Shown: positions 10,091-21,370 of the stretch, piece by piece
Numbering within the stretch: the first letter of the stretch is position 1
Layout: each line of letters opens with the position of its first letter
Assembly (NCBI GenBank): GCA_013265495.1
Contig: MU058221.1
Location: 1,736,001 to 1,800,000, forward strand
DNA from: Vicugna vicugna
Taxonomy: Eukaryota
Length of the DNA: 64,000 nucleotides
Direction: 5' to 3'
Notes under the pieces: generated by a model
Seen by the model: the letters and a program-made list of their open reading frames with translations, nothing else
The model's database searches: none
Told to the model about the DNA's origin: nothing
Program-made: the position numbers and the translations under genes

Positions 10091-11099
10091 GGAAAGCTAG
10101 GGTTAGGGTTAGGACCGAATGACTCCTAGTAAAGTAGCACTGAATCCCTGCATGTGACTTCCTTTTTCTTTTTCTTCTAGTCTTTTCCATTCCTTCCAGA
10201 AAGAATCTCTGACTGGTACTGATGTATCTCAAATACACTTGTTTTCTATTTATTCCAGATTATTACATAATTTTTTAATTTCTCAAGATCCTAAATTCTC
10301 TGCTTGTTGCAGCTACTAACTCTTCTTCATGAGGTTTATTTCCTTACACAGTCTACAGGTTGTTTTTTTTTTTTTTAATATGAGGTCAGCTTTAGGGAGA
10401 CAGTCTCGCAGAGATGTGATCGTGTCTCCACAAGAATGCCGTGGGAAAGCTTTCTGCAGGTGAGCTAAGGATTCCTCTGGCTCAGGCTTTGGGGTTTTTG
10501 GTTGTTTCATTGTTTTTTGTCCGCTTGTTGGTAAACTTATGAACTTACACTTCACAGACCATGCGGTACTATAACTCGGGCTGGGATTATAATTTCTTTC
10601 TGGCATTATTTTTTCCTCAGGTGAAAGCAAGTTTCCTTGCCGCCGAACTATGCAATGTTTGGGGATTTTTTTTCAAGTGTGTGAGACTGGGAAACTATCT
10701 GAAATTACAGCCTTTAAACTGGTCGCTGACTTCTGGGCTTCCGTTTTCCTTAGACGCCAGCCTGGTTCCTAGAGGTTAGATCTTGCAGACCCTCAATGCC
10801 AGTCCCTTTCACGTCTCCAGCTGTGACTTTTCTCTCTGATTCTCACACATGGAGACTTTCTTTTCTTTTCTTGAGCTGGCCACAGAATCAATGTGTTCAG
10901 GTACCCTTCACCCGGTATTCCTATGTGTTTTTCAAGGGAGGTGCTCACTGATCTGTCATCAATACACCTCTATTTTTCAAAAGCGTACAGCTTAGGGTCA
11001 CACGCTTTGGCATGGAGTCAAATCTCGCTAAAATTTCGTAACTTTGTTTTCATTTTCATTTATCGTTACAATATTTTTGATTTGTGAACTATGTTGGGT

Positions 11100-12325
11100 T
11101 TTTGTTGTTGTGATAGCAGTTTTATTGAAATCCAGTTCCCATCCCAGACAATTTGCCCATTTAAAATATACAATTCAATGGTTTTTAATATATTCCGAGT
11201 TACTCATCTACCTCCACAATCAATTTTAGAACATCCTCATCACTCCAGAAAGAGGCTCTGAACACATTAGTACAGCCCCTTTCTCTTTTCATTCTCTCCC
11301 CTACAGCCTTAAGCAGCCACAGAACTGCCTTCTGCCTCGCTAGGTTTGCCTGCTCTGTTTATTTCAAATAAAGGGACCTGGATCATGTGTGCTTTTCGGT
11401 GACTGGCTCCTTTCACTGAGCATAAGATTTTCAAGGCTCACCCGTGTAGGACACTTTATTCCTTGTCATGGTCTAATTGTATTCCATTATACGACTAGAC
11501 CACATGTTCGTTCATTCATCAGCTGATGGACATCTGGAACCGCTTCCACCTTTTGGCTACTATGAGTAATGCTGCTGCAAACACTCATGTACAGCTTTTC
11601 TTGAAAACGCATGTGTTCCCTTCTCTTGGAGATATACATGTATACATAGAGAGAGAGAGAGAGGGAGTGGAATTGTCAGGTCAAACGGTAACTCTGTTTA
11701 ATCATTTGAGGAACGGGCAGATTGTTTTCCAAAGCAGCGGTGCTGTTTTAAATTGTCACCAGTAATGAAAAGGGGTCACATTTGTCCGCGTCCTCGCCGG
11801 CACTTGCTAGAGTCTGTCCCGAGGGCAGCTGTGCTGGTGGCTGTGACGTGGTATTTCACTGGGGCTTTGGTTTGTGTTCACCTGATGGTCAATGAATTGA
11901 GTCTCTTTTTTGTGCTTATTGGCCATTTGCATGTTTTCCTTAAAGAAATGTTTCATCCAGTCCTTTGTCCATTCTTAAACGGGGCCGCTTACTTTTGTTG
12001 TTGGGTTTACCTGTTTTCCACGTGTCCTGGGTGAAGTTCTTCATCAGATACACGATTTACAAATATTCCCTCCCGTGCTGTGGGTAAGTTATCTTTCCTC
12101 TCTGTTGATAATATCCTTTGATGCATGAAAGTTTTCAGTTCTGATAAAGTCTAACTGTCTGTTTCTTTTTGTTGCTTGTGCTTTTGGAGTCATATTATGA
12201 AATCATCGTCAAATCCAAGCTCACAAAATTTACCCCTTTGTTTTCTTCTAAGAGCTGTAGAGTTTTAGCTCCTGAATTTAGGTCTATGACTTGTTTTCAG
12301 TTAAATTTTGTATACGGCATGAGGA
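11100..12325 (-). mobile_element. L1MB-like fragment (antisense 3' UTR plus ORF2 end)
   Basis: cagttttattgaaat..atttgcccatttaaaatatacaattcaatggtttt..gagttaaattttgtatacgg type sequence throughout. Confidence 0.85.
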
Positions 12326-12727
12326 AGAGGTGTGTTGGTAGTTTAAAATGACAATAGGATTAGAGAAATTGGTTTTAAAATTAAATTATGTAAGTAAAAA
12401 TGTGGTATATTTAAAGAAAAATATAAAGTATATAATAACGCATGCTTATGTGAATATGGCAAAAATTGTGAAGTGATGTATGGCTAATTGAACTAATGAC
12501 CCTGAGATACCGTCTCACATTGATAAATAGTAAATTATACTCTGAATGGGAACAGAGTAATCATCAAAACATTTATTTTACCACAAATTTATATTTTGAA
12601 AATTTTCAAACCTACCAAAACTATGTAATAACTCAATGAATATTCAACTTTTTCCCCTGAATTCACCAGTGACTCACCTTTTATCCGTTCTCTTTATCCT
12701 CCCTTGGGGTAAGGCAGTTGACCTCAT

Positions 12728-13400
12728 GTAAAGAGAAGTCTGGTCTTTGTCAGGACCCCTGAGAGTTAACCAGAAAGCGTCTGGAATTTCCTGAGGGATA
12801 GAAATGTCTTTGTTATTCGTGGCAGGCCCCTAGGATCACACCCACAGTTTGTGCTAGTAAGTTGGCTCCCTACGGGGGTGTCCACCCCAGAAAGTCCAGC
12901 AGCATCGTGGAGGCATGGGGGACTGGAGCTTCCGGCCATGTAGCACCAGCCCCACACCTGGCAGGTGAGGTGAGCAGGGAAGGTGGGAAACGGGGTGGGA
13001 GGTGTTGCCAAAGATGAAGCCCAACGGTATGAGCAATAAATCATCAGTCTTGACGATGTAACGCAGTCTCAGTAAAAACACTTGGCATTTAAGCCTGGAC
13101 AAGCTTCTCTGGTTGGCAGTAACGTATGCATAATGGCGTATGTTAACACCAGGAGGTACTAAGTCCCAAGAATGATGGGAGCTTCGTTTCCGGAACCCTC
13201 CCCGACCAAGCTCTGTGCTTCTCTCCCTTTGGTTGCGCCCAGTGTGTACCCTCCTTATATGAAACTCTGATCGTATTACAGGGTTCCCCTGAGTTCTGTG
13301 AGTCTTCCCAGTGAATTATCAAACCTGGGGTGATTTGGGGAAAACTGCTAACTTTCAGTTGTAAAATGAGGGCCGTCGTGTGGGACCTGTTCTGGGTGCT
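12728..13400 (+). mobile_element. MER21-like LTR
   Basis: ggaatttcctgagggatagaaatgtctttgttattc..ccctgagttctgtgagtcttcccagtgaattatcaaacctgggg. Confidence 0.7.
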
Positions 13401-13524
13401 CTCTGAAAATAAAACACCAACGTTCCTCACTTCTCTCCTCTCTTGCGAGCAAGACGGGAATGTCCTCCGTAACCACGATAATAAAAAAATACATATTACC
13501 CAACATGAAATCTTTTGTGGATTT

Positions 13525-13740
13525 TTGTTGTTGTTTGACGCGCAGTCAGTGACAACGTGTCCATTTCCGGTGCACAGCACAACGCCCCAGTCATGCATAT
13601 ACACACACACGTTTCTTTTCTTGCTCTGTTTCATTCAAGGTTATTACGAGATATTGAATATAGTTCCCTGTGCTGTGCAGAAGAAAGGTTTTTAGTCTGT
13701 TTTTATATATAGTGGCTAACATTTGCAAATCTCAAAATCT
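13525..13740 (-). mobile_element. Short camelid-type L1 3' end
   Basis: Homologous to the copies at ~25060-25235 and ~47960-48320 (ggttattacgagatattgaatatagttccctgtgct). Confidence 0.75.
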
Positions 13741-14279
13741 CTACTCAAATTTCCCCAATTTTGCCATAAAGATATTTTAGAAGCAATTCTGTTTGGTTTC
13801 CAAGATGTTAATATTAATGATCAAATTGAGGCTCAGAGATAACCTTCTGCCTTCTTTTTTATTCTGTCTGATCTGAAGAGAAAACTCCCAGACAAGAGAC
13901 ATGTGGGCAAGAGACCCAGAAATTATCAGTTTGGAGCATAGTTCTGAGGCAGAAAACATTGTGAGAATCCTTGCAGTCGGAGCCGCTGACCGTAGGTGGG
14001 TTGTGGGTGAAAAAGCTGCTCATTAAGGCAGAGGAAACCATGACGAAGGGAGCCACGGAACCGCGGCGTGAGCTTTTGGATGTGAATGGTCTCAGCCTGT
14101 AATAAAAGATTCCTTTCTCACAGCACATTTTACCGTAGAGGGCGCGCTGTGGGCTAGTGAAACCCAATGAAAAACTACAGATTTGTTGTCCTGATAGGAC
14201 AGAAAGGGACTGGCGCTGTCTAGAGGGAGGGACGGTGGGACCCGTTTCTTCCCTTCGCCTGTCTTGTCATTTAACCGTC

Positions 14280-15060
14280 TTATGCAACCGATTTTGTTGA
14301 GCCCTCGTCACGTGCCAGACATTGGGCCGGCGTCAGAGTTGTGGTAAAAACACAGAGAAGGTTCTTCCTGAAAATCACATTCAAGCAAAGGAGAAAGACG
14401 CTGACTAGGTAATTAGAACTATCAATAGTCGTTTGAAAGAGAAACACGGGGAACTGTAGTTGCTTTTAGCCAAGATCTTGATGAGGACCAGAGCAAGGCT
14501 TCCCAGGGAAGCAGCCCTTAAGCTCAAGCCCCAAAAGTTAAGGCGGACCTGGAGAAGGAAGGAGGGGTAAGGAACAGAAAATGGGAAGAGGGAACAGCAT
14601 AAGAGAAAAACAAAACGAGGCGGGAAAGAACCTTTTCCCAGACGAGGGCAGAGTTTTGAAATGGTCAGTTTCTTCTTTGTTGCTCACATGTCTGCTCCCC
14701 TTTGTCAGTTTGCTGCGTATCTCCCTTTCCTATTTTTTTTTTCCTCCCAAATTAACTCTTTTCCTTGTTTCTGAAATCTTTGGCAAATGAGGAGATCAGA
14801 AAGCAAGGTCTGGTATTTCGGGGAAAAACTTAGGTATAACCAGCCGCCTACCACCCCCACCGACCCAGGACTACCTTCATCTCAGATCTGCGCCCACTCT
14901 TCGCTCCGCTGAGTCTGTCCCTGCCTTTCTCCACTTTGGAGAATGATTCATCGGCTCTGGGTCTCATCTTCTGTGTGGGCTTTGCAGACTCTGTCTTGCC
15001 TTTGTTTCTCCTCCTGAGAACTTCCACCCAGAACGTCATCTTCCATTTAACACCCTCTCT
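14280..15060. mobile_element. L2 fragments
   Basis: ttgttgagccctcgtcacgtgccagac (L2 3' end, antisense) and pyrimidine-rich L2-like sequence at ~14850-15060. Confidence 0.45.
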
Positions 15061-15749
15061 CCTGGGCTCCATCAGTCTCATTTCTGTTGTGTGGGCGAGG
15101 GTTTCATGATGTGCGTACACACCACAAACAATGTTTTTGGTGCAGCATTTGCTCCAACACTGTGAGAGCCTCCCTGGGATGCTAGTCACACACATACACA
15201 AATAACGGGCTTGGCTTTTATTTTGGTTCTGGCTTTCCCAGAGTGGTTTGTCTCTGGCTTCATTTGGCTGATTTGATTCGGGCACAGGACCCAGTTCGTG
15301 TAAATTCATTTTCAGGGTGTTTGTACAGCTACCCAGGTAAGCTCTGGGGAGGAAAGGAGGAGGTCCTAGCACAGTAACTCTGCAGAAAAACAGTCATTGC
15401 GTTCACAGGGCTCATGCAAAGCTGGACAACCTGTTAATTTTAACAACAGACTGCAGACCTTTCCAACGTAAGCTCCAGGATAGCAGGAAGTTTGTCGATT
15501 TTGTTCGCTGCCGACTCTTGCAAACATAGCAGTGTCCATCGTGTTGTAGTAACTTAGTGACTTTCTGTCGACAATCTGCAAAGAAATCCGTGTACCAACT
15601 ATGCAGGGTTTCTTCCCCTAAAGAGATTCATTAGATTCTAGCATATGTGATTATTTATTTACAATGGGTCATGAGCTCTGCAGCTTCCCAAGGACGGATC
15701 TGGACTCAGACCCTCCCAGGAAAGCCGCGTCTGGGGATTGTTCAAGAAC

Positions 15750-16055
15750 CAGCATTAACTCTGAGGTGGTGCGTTTGGTGTCAGAATCAAACTGCTTGAA
15801 TTCGGTGTCAGACTCATCACTGGGCACTTATTTTTTCTGTGCCTTTGGCTTCTGTCCTTGGAATTGTTGTGGAAATGTTCGTTGACTGCACTGACCTGCT
15901 AAGTGACTTTTTGGTGTGGGGTGAACTCAGCTGGGTTGGTTGGTCTCAGCCCCGAATGTCTTTCCTAAGTTGCTGGGCGCCGTGCTCTGTCTCTTCTCAC
16001 TGCAGCGAGCGTGGCACAGGGAGTAAGCAAAGAGAATACAGGTGAAATGATTGTT
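15750..16055 (+). mobile_element. MIR SINE fragments
   Basis: tggtgtcagaatcaaactgcttgaattc..agcgtggcacagggagtaagc. Confidence 0.5.
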
Positions 16056-16059
16056 GATA

Positions 16060-16255
16060 ATAGACTTTATATAACTTAACATACTCAAATATTATCATTT
16101 TGGATACACCCAAAACACTGACAAGTGATCAATCTAAAGATTATTAATGAGACACTTCACATCCTTTTTCTCATAAATCTTAGAAATCTGGTGGCTTTTA
16201 CGCTTCCAGCACATTTCGCTTGGGACCAACCGCCTTTCCCATGCTCAGTAGTGAC
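16060..16255. mobile_element. MER33-like hAT-Charlie element
   Basis: aaatattatcatttt..attattaatgagacacttcacatcctttt..gaaatctggtggcttttacgcttccagcacattt. Confidence 0.65.
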
Positions 16256-16575
16256 CCAGCAAGGTCTAGAAAACGCCAGGTCGGGTTCTGATCCAGGGTC
16301 AGTGCCCAGTGAGTAAATACTGGCTGTTATGTGCAAACCCGGGACAACCCCACTGACGTCACGGGCTTGTTGCCCACGGTAAATGAGATGATGTGTGGAA
16401 GGGACTTGACGGAGCGGCTCCTGGTACACGACCAGCGAATAGCGGTCGTCATCATCAGAGACACTGTGAATTCCTACCACCGTGTCTGAAACTCTGTGTT
16501 TTAAGGGCTCAAAACTCCAGCTTCTCCTTGCTTTTGTCCGACCTGGTGCCCAATGCCTGTTGCCAGGGGCGATGT

Positions 16576-16870
16576 TGTAACAGAAGAATTAGCCCGCCGG
16601 GAAGTCACAGAAGACACGCACTCGGGGGATCAGAAAAGATGGGTTTATCCTGCACCGGCGCTGGCCCAGCGGGGTCACCTCCAAAGGCTGGGCCCCGAGC
16701 CTGGGGTCTGATTGTCTCCTAAGCTTGTAACACTTCCGGGTGCGTGGGACTTTCCAGCTTAGGAGCAGTCCGTTTCCACTCGACTGTCGCAGGAGTCAGC
16801 TAGGTGGCAGGGGCCGCGGGGAGGGGTGCCTTGTCTGAGTTTTTCCTCCTCAGCGTTACCCTCTCTCATC
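16576..16870 (-). mobile_element. Short ERV-type LTR carrying a perfect NF-kB site
   Basis: TGTAACA start, ..CTCTCA end, LTR-like U5/R text; GGGACTTTCC at 16746-16755. Confidence 0.5.
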
Positions 16871-17289
16871 AGGCGCTGCATGTCTCCCATAGCATCGGCA
16901 TCTCCTGGCTGGCCTTTCCCGTCCCCAACCTCAGCTCCACTAGCCGGGACCCGGTGGGCTCAGCTCATTCCAGGTGTGAATTAGGGCTGGCCTTCCGTTT
17001 ACTGCCCATGAACCCTGGCAATGATAGACAATGACTGATTGATTCAGGAAGCTGGGTTCCACCGACTGCTTTGTACAAATCGAGCAAGAATGCAGCCATA
17101 CGAAGGAGACACTTACCCCAAGGTTTGTCTTTTTCTTGCCGTCTGAAATTTTTTAGAATGATTTTAGCACCTTGTTGTCTACTGTTTCCAAACCAGTTCT
17201 CCAACAGAGTCACCTTGACAGGCCTAAGGCTGGAACGTCTGGAAATAACACAGGGGCCAATCAGGCCTGTGTTCCAGTATGACTCTGTT

Positions 17290-17500
17290 AACTCCATAGA
17301 CTTTGGAGCCAGACAGACTTAACTCAAAGCCCCAGCTTTTCTGTTCACTAGCTACGAATCATTGGAAAAGTTACTTAATCTTTCCAAGATTAAATTTCCG
17401 CATCTTTAAAATAGCAAATAATGAGATAGGGGAATTAAATAACGAATGCAAACTGCCTACACACACTCAGTGTATGTCTAATAAAATTAGCTATCATTGC
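17290..17500 (+). mobile_element. MIR SINE
   Basis: gactttggagccagacagac..actagct..aagttacttaatctttc..catctttaaaatag. Confidence 0.75.
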
Positions 17501-17724
17501 AAGGTTTTTTTAATGAACGAATCTGATTTTTGATTCCTGAATTCCTAAGATTTCAATTTCCACCACCTCTACCATTTCTCCCAACGTGCTAGGAACCTGG
17601 CATCATTTGGAATTTTTGTCCCTGGGGCTGGTTTTAGTTCTTGGGCTGTAAGCTTGGGGTCAGTTTCCACTGGAGCCAATGAAGTTCTCACATGACCTCA
17701 GAATGTATCAAATCAACTAGACAT

Positions 17725-18183
17725 TGTCGACTGAAATGAAATCACACAACGTGAGGGTCGTGGGTTAAGTTATATTTGGGGCAACATGAGGACGAAAGCC
17801 CTGGAGACAGCGCCCCGGAGAGCGCTGAGGGGCTGCTCCGGAGAGGCAGGGGGGACACCCAGCATTATACATCATTTTAGCGAAGGGGGTGCGTGCGGTC
17901 AGGCACACAGTTAGACAGAGGCTGCTGCTGGTCACGAGGAGCAGACGTCACTGCTGATGATTTCAGTGCTTTTCTAGATGGGAGGAGATGCAAGAATTTG
18001 GGCTCATAAAATCTTCCCTTGAAAATATCTAACTGTCTGAAAGCCTGCTCTGCCAGTTTTCCCAGAGCACAGAGTGCCTCTTCCCTGACCTCCATCCTGA
18101 ACTCCTCTGAGGGTGCGCTGAAGGTCAGTGGCTGCGGCAGCCCATGATTTAATCCAGGCAGAGGTAGCTGGCAAGTGCCGACA
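17725..18183 (-). mobile_element. Artiodactyl ERV1-type solo LTR
   Basis: TGTCGAC..GCCGACA termini; ACAT at 17721-17724 and 18181-18184 (possible TSD); body resembles a recalled cetartiodactyl LTR consensus. Confidence 0.7.
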
Positions 18184-19589
18184 TGATCCGGTCCTTGTAG
18201 CAGCAGGTGGCAGGGGCCAGCTTTTAGCTGGCAGCTTTGATCAAACGATGTAATTTCGTGACGCAATATTGTAACGCAAATCTTGAGGAAGATTTCCAGC
18301 CTTCCTTGGGCATGCCTTTGGAGAAGCTAAAATGGAATGGGACTCCTACCTGAGCCACCTAACCTTGAGCCTCCTCCCACCCTAACCCCTCTGCCAGTCC
18401 CTTCCTCTGGCGCAAGGATGCTTTGACCTTGCACAGCAATTTAGTAAAACCCATTGGAGTTGGAGCATTTGTTTGTAGAAGAGCTTGGAGCTGCAGAGAG
18501 TCGTCCTCTCTCCGCACAGGACTTTTCCCCATTTTATTACCCCATAGGGAGCATTAGCTCCTCCTCTCCCGTGGCTCCTGACAGCTTTTCCACTTAGATG
18601 TCTGGTCCCTCCCTGCAGGACAAGGCGCTCACCTCTGCCTCCTGCCTGGTGGTCTGTGCCCCTGATACCCCGCTAATGTTTGCCTTCCCTTCCCTGTTAG
18701 GTCGCTGCTTTGTCCCCACGCCTGGCCTTCTGGCTGCAAATCCACACATGCGTATGTATGTATCACTGGGAACCACCAGTGCCCGGCACCGAAGTATTCC
18801 CTATCAGCTGCGTTTGCCTCTGCTCTCCTCCACTTCCCCAGGCCAATTATTAACGTTTTCTTGAGCAGGCGGCATCGCGTTGACAGCACTGATGTCAGCC
18901 AGCCAGCCCCGCCAAGGACTGCCCGCCATCGTCTCCTTTACGCTCTGTGTGGGCGCTCTGTGATGGAGCTAAAGCACGTCTCAGCCCATCGAAGCCACTT
19001 TAGCAGGGAACGGTGTGCTGTCTGCAGCCTATTTAAGCTCCTTCACTGTGCAGGCGGCTTTTAAGGGGCCTAAGGAAAACCTCAAAAAGCAAATGCCTTC
19101 CTAGGGTCTGCCTCCAAGTTGGGCTGCAGCACATCCTCGGCCACGAGGCCCTGGACAGCCTGCTGGTCTGATTCTCCTATGTCCGGGCCGCCCTGATATA
19201 CACGCACGGGAGGCTGCCTGGCCCACCGCAGACGCACAAACCTCCTGCCCTGGGTTGTCACGGCTGAGGTTCACTCCCGGAGGGCTCGGCCAGCAGAGGT
19301 GCTAGGATGAGCAATGATACCGACATTTCAGGCTTCTTTTATGCAGAGAGACTTGGACTCAGAGTTCGGGGACCTGAGTTCCAGCCACAGCCCTGCTGTA
19401 CCCTTGAGCAAGGCCTGCGTCTCCTCTGGACCTGCGATCGGCCTCCTTGTCTGGAAGCTCTGTTGGAGGGTCCCTTGATACACGGTTTATGAATTTCATT
19501 CTGCCTCCAGGTCTGCAGGCTCGCGTTTTGACAGTCTTCAGACAGAAGTCACCTCACAGCCGTGTTTCAGTTGGCATGCACAGGCTTTG

Positions 19590-20376
19590 TTCTGAATTGA
19601 ATTCAGGTGTCTTATTTCCAACATCACAAGCAGTTTTGCAATGCCAGCTGGGTGTCCTACAATTTAACTCATTTCCGATACAATCTACCTGACGATGGTG
19701 TTAGATTCCACAGACTAAGGGTCCATCTTCCCAGGCCCCCCCGCCCCCACCCCCACCCCTTCAGAGGCCAATCACAAGGCCAGGCTGTTACCCATACTTT
19801 GGATCAATCAGCTGTATATCAGAGGTTCCCTTAACTCCTCAGGTCCAGTTAATTTGCAGGAGCCACTCACAGAACTCAAAAGAACATTTACTCACTAGAT
19901 TACCAGTTCATTACAAAAGGACATAACTCAAGAAGGGCCGGGTGGGAGAGATGCAGAGGGCGAGGTATATGAAGAGGAGCACAGCGCTCCCGTGCTGTCT
20001 CTCAGCATGCCGCGGTCCTCGCACCGCCGCAGTTTCATCACCTCAGAAGCCCTCTGAACCCTGCCGATTTGGGCTTCATCACCTGGGCAAGACTGGGGAT
20101 CACTGGACCCTGGTGTTTGACAATCTCCCCCCCCCAACTCCTTTCCTCAAGGTCCAGGGATGGAGCTGAAAGTTCCAGCCCTCCCACCACAGGGACTTTC
20201 CAAAAGTCACTTCATTAACATAAAGTCAGGTGTGGCCGAAAGGGACTGGTTATGAATTACAAAAAACACTCTTTACAGCTTTATTACTCTTATCACTTCG
20301 GAAATGGCAAGGGTTTTAGGAGCTCTGTGCCAGAAAAGATCAAACACATATTTCTTATCACAACTCCGAGATCACA
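19590..20376 (-). mobile_element. MER21-like LTR
   Basis: gccagctgggtgtcctacaatttaactc..cactcacagaactca..aagggttttaggagctctgtgccag; reverse complement of the 12.7-13.4 kb type. Confidence 0.8.
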
Positions 20377-21059
20377 GGGTACCTCAGCCAAACTTCCCTC
20401 CCTGCACCCACAGCCCGACCGTCCCGCCTTGTCATCCGCCTGGCCCAGTTCGCACACTTGGTCCTGGAGGCACCTGAATGTCTGACTTTTGGGTCCAGCC
20501 TGTGTGGACATTGCCCCCCAGGGTTTGTGAAAAGTGAAACAATCACCCCAGACTCATTTCCCAAGTGAAAGTGGACATATTAGGGGAAGAAATGATTTTC
20601 TCTGAAATTGAAGAAATACGTCTGTGTAGCAACGGTTAAAGTCAGGCAATTCTTGCAATCTCTGTGCACTGCCGTCCGCTTTACGACAGCGAGCCAACAG
20701 CCCAGCTCAGCTCTGCTCCTCGGCAGAGCCACCCAGACCCCGGAAGCCAGTTGCTGGGATGTGGTCAGTGCGAAAATGCTGAGATTTACATAACTGCATT
20801 TTACCTGCAGCTCAGAGGCAGGCTGACGCCAGCTCCTGGTTGCGCTTAGCTACTGGTCTGCGATGCAAAGAGCCTGCTCTTCCTTCTGCAGGGCCTCCCT
20901 GCCCGCCTGGGAGCAGGTGGGCACAGCGTGGACCAGAGAGAGCACGGTGGGAGGGGTGCTCAGAGGACAATGACTGTGACATCAAATAGCCTCTAAGGTG
21001 GCCCCTCGCATCCCAGTTCCTGGTACGGACGCCCATGTGCGATCCCCACGCCTCTAAGT

Positions 21060-21370
21060 CAGGGCTGGATTTAGTAACTCAGCAGTAAACAGCAAAAGGG
21101 ATAGACTGTCACTTCAGAGACTAAGTCACAAAGAAACGTTGGGCTCTCAGATTCCTTGCTCTGGGGAAAGCCAGCGGCCATGCTGAGACCAACCCAAGCC
21201 CACCGGCCAGGATCCGATGAAACTGAGGTCTGAACAGCCCTGCACACAGCTTGGAAGCGGGCCCCCCTGCCCCCGAGGCCCTGAGACGACTGCAGCTCCG
21301 GCCACACCGCAGCAGAGACAAAGAGAGGCGGGCGGAGCGTGTCAGCTTTAAGACAGCGCGTATTATAATG
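21060..21370 (+). mobile_element. MLT1 (MaLR) LTR fragment
   Basis: gactgtcacttcagagacta..tgctctggggaaagccagcggccatgctg..gcttggaagcgg. Confidence 0.55.

Noticed and set aside
10098..10113. Telomere-like TAGGGTTAGGGTTAGG
   Set aside because: Fewer than three full units; too short to call an interstitial telomeric site.
12728..20376. Two MER21-like LTRs as the ends of one provirus
   Set aside because: Opposite orientation, clearly diverged, and separated by older MIR/L2 sequence.
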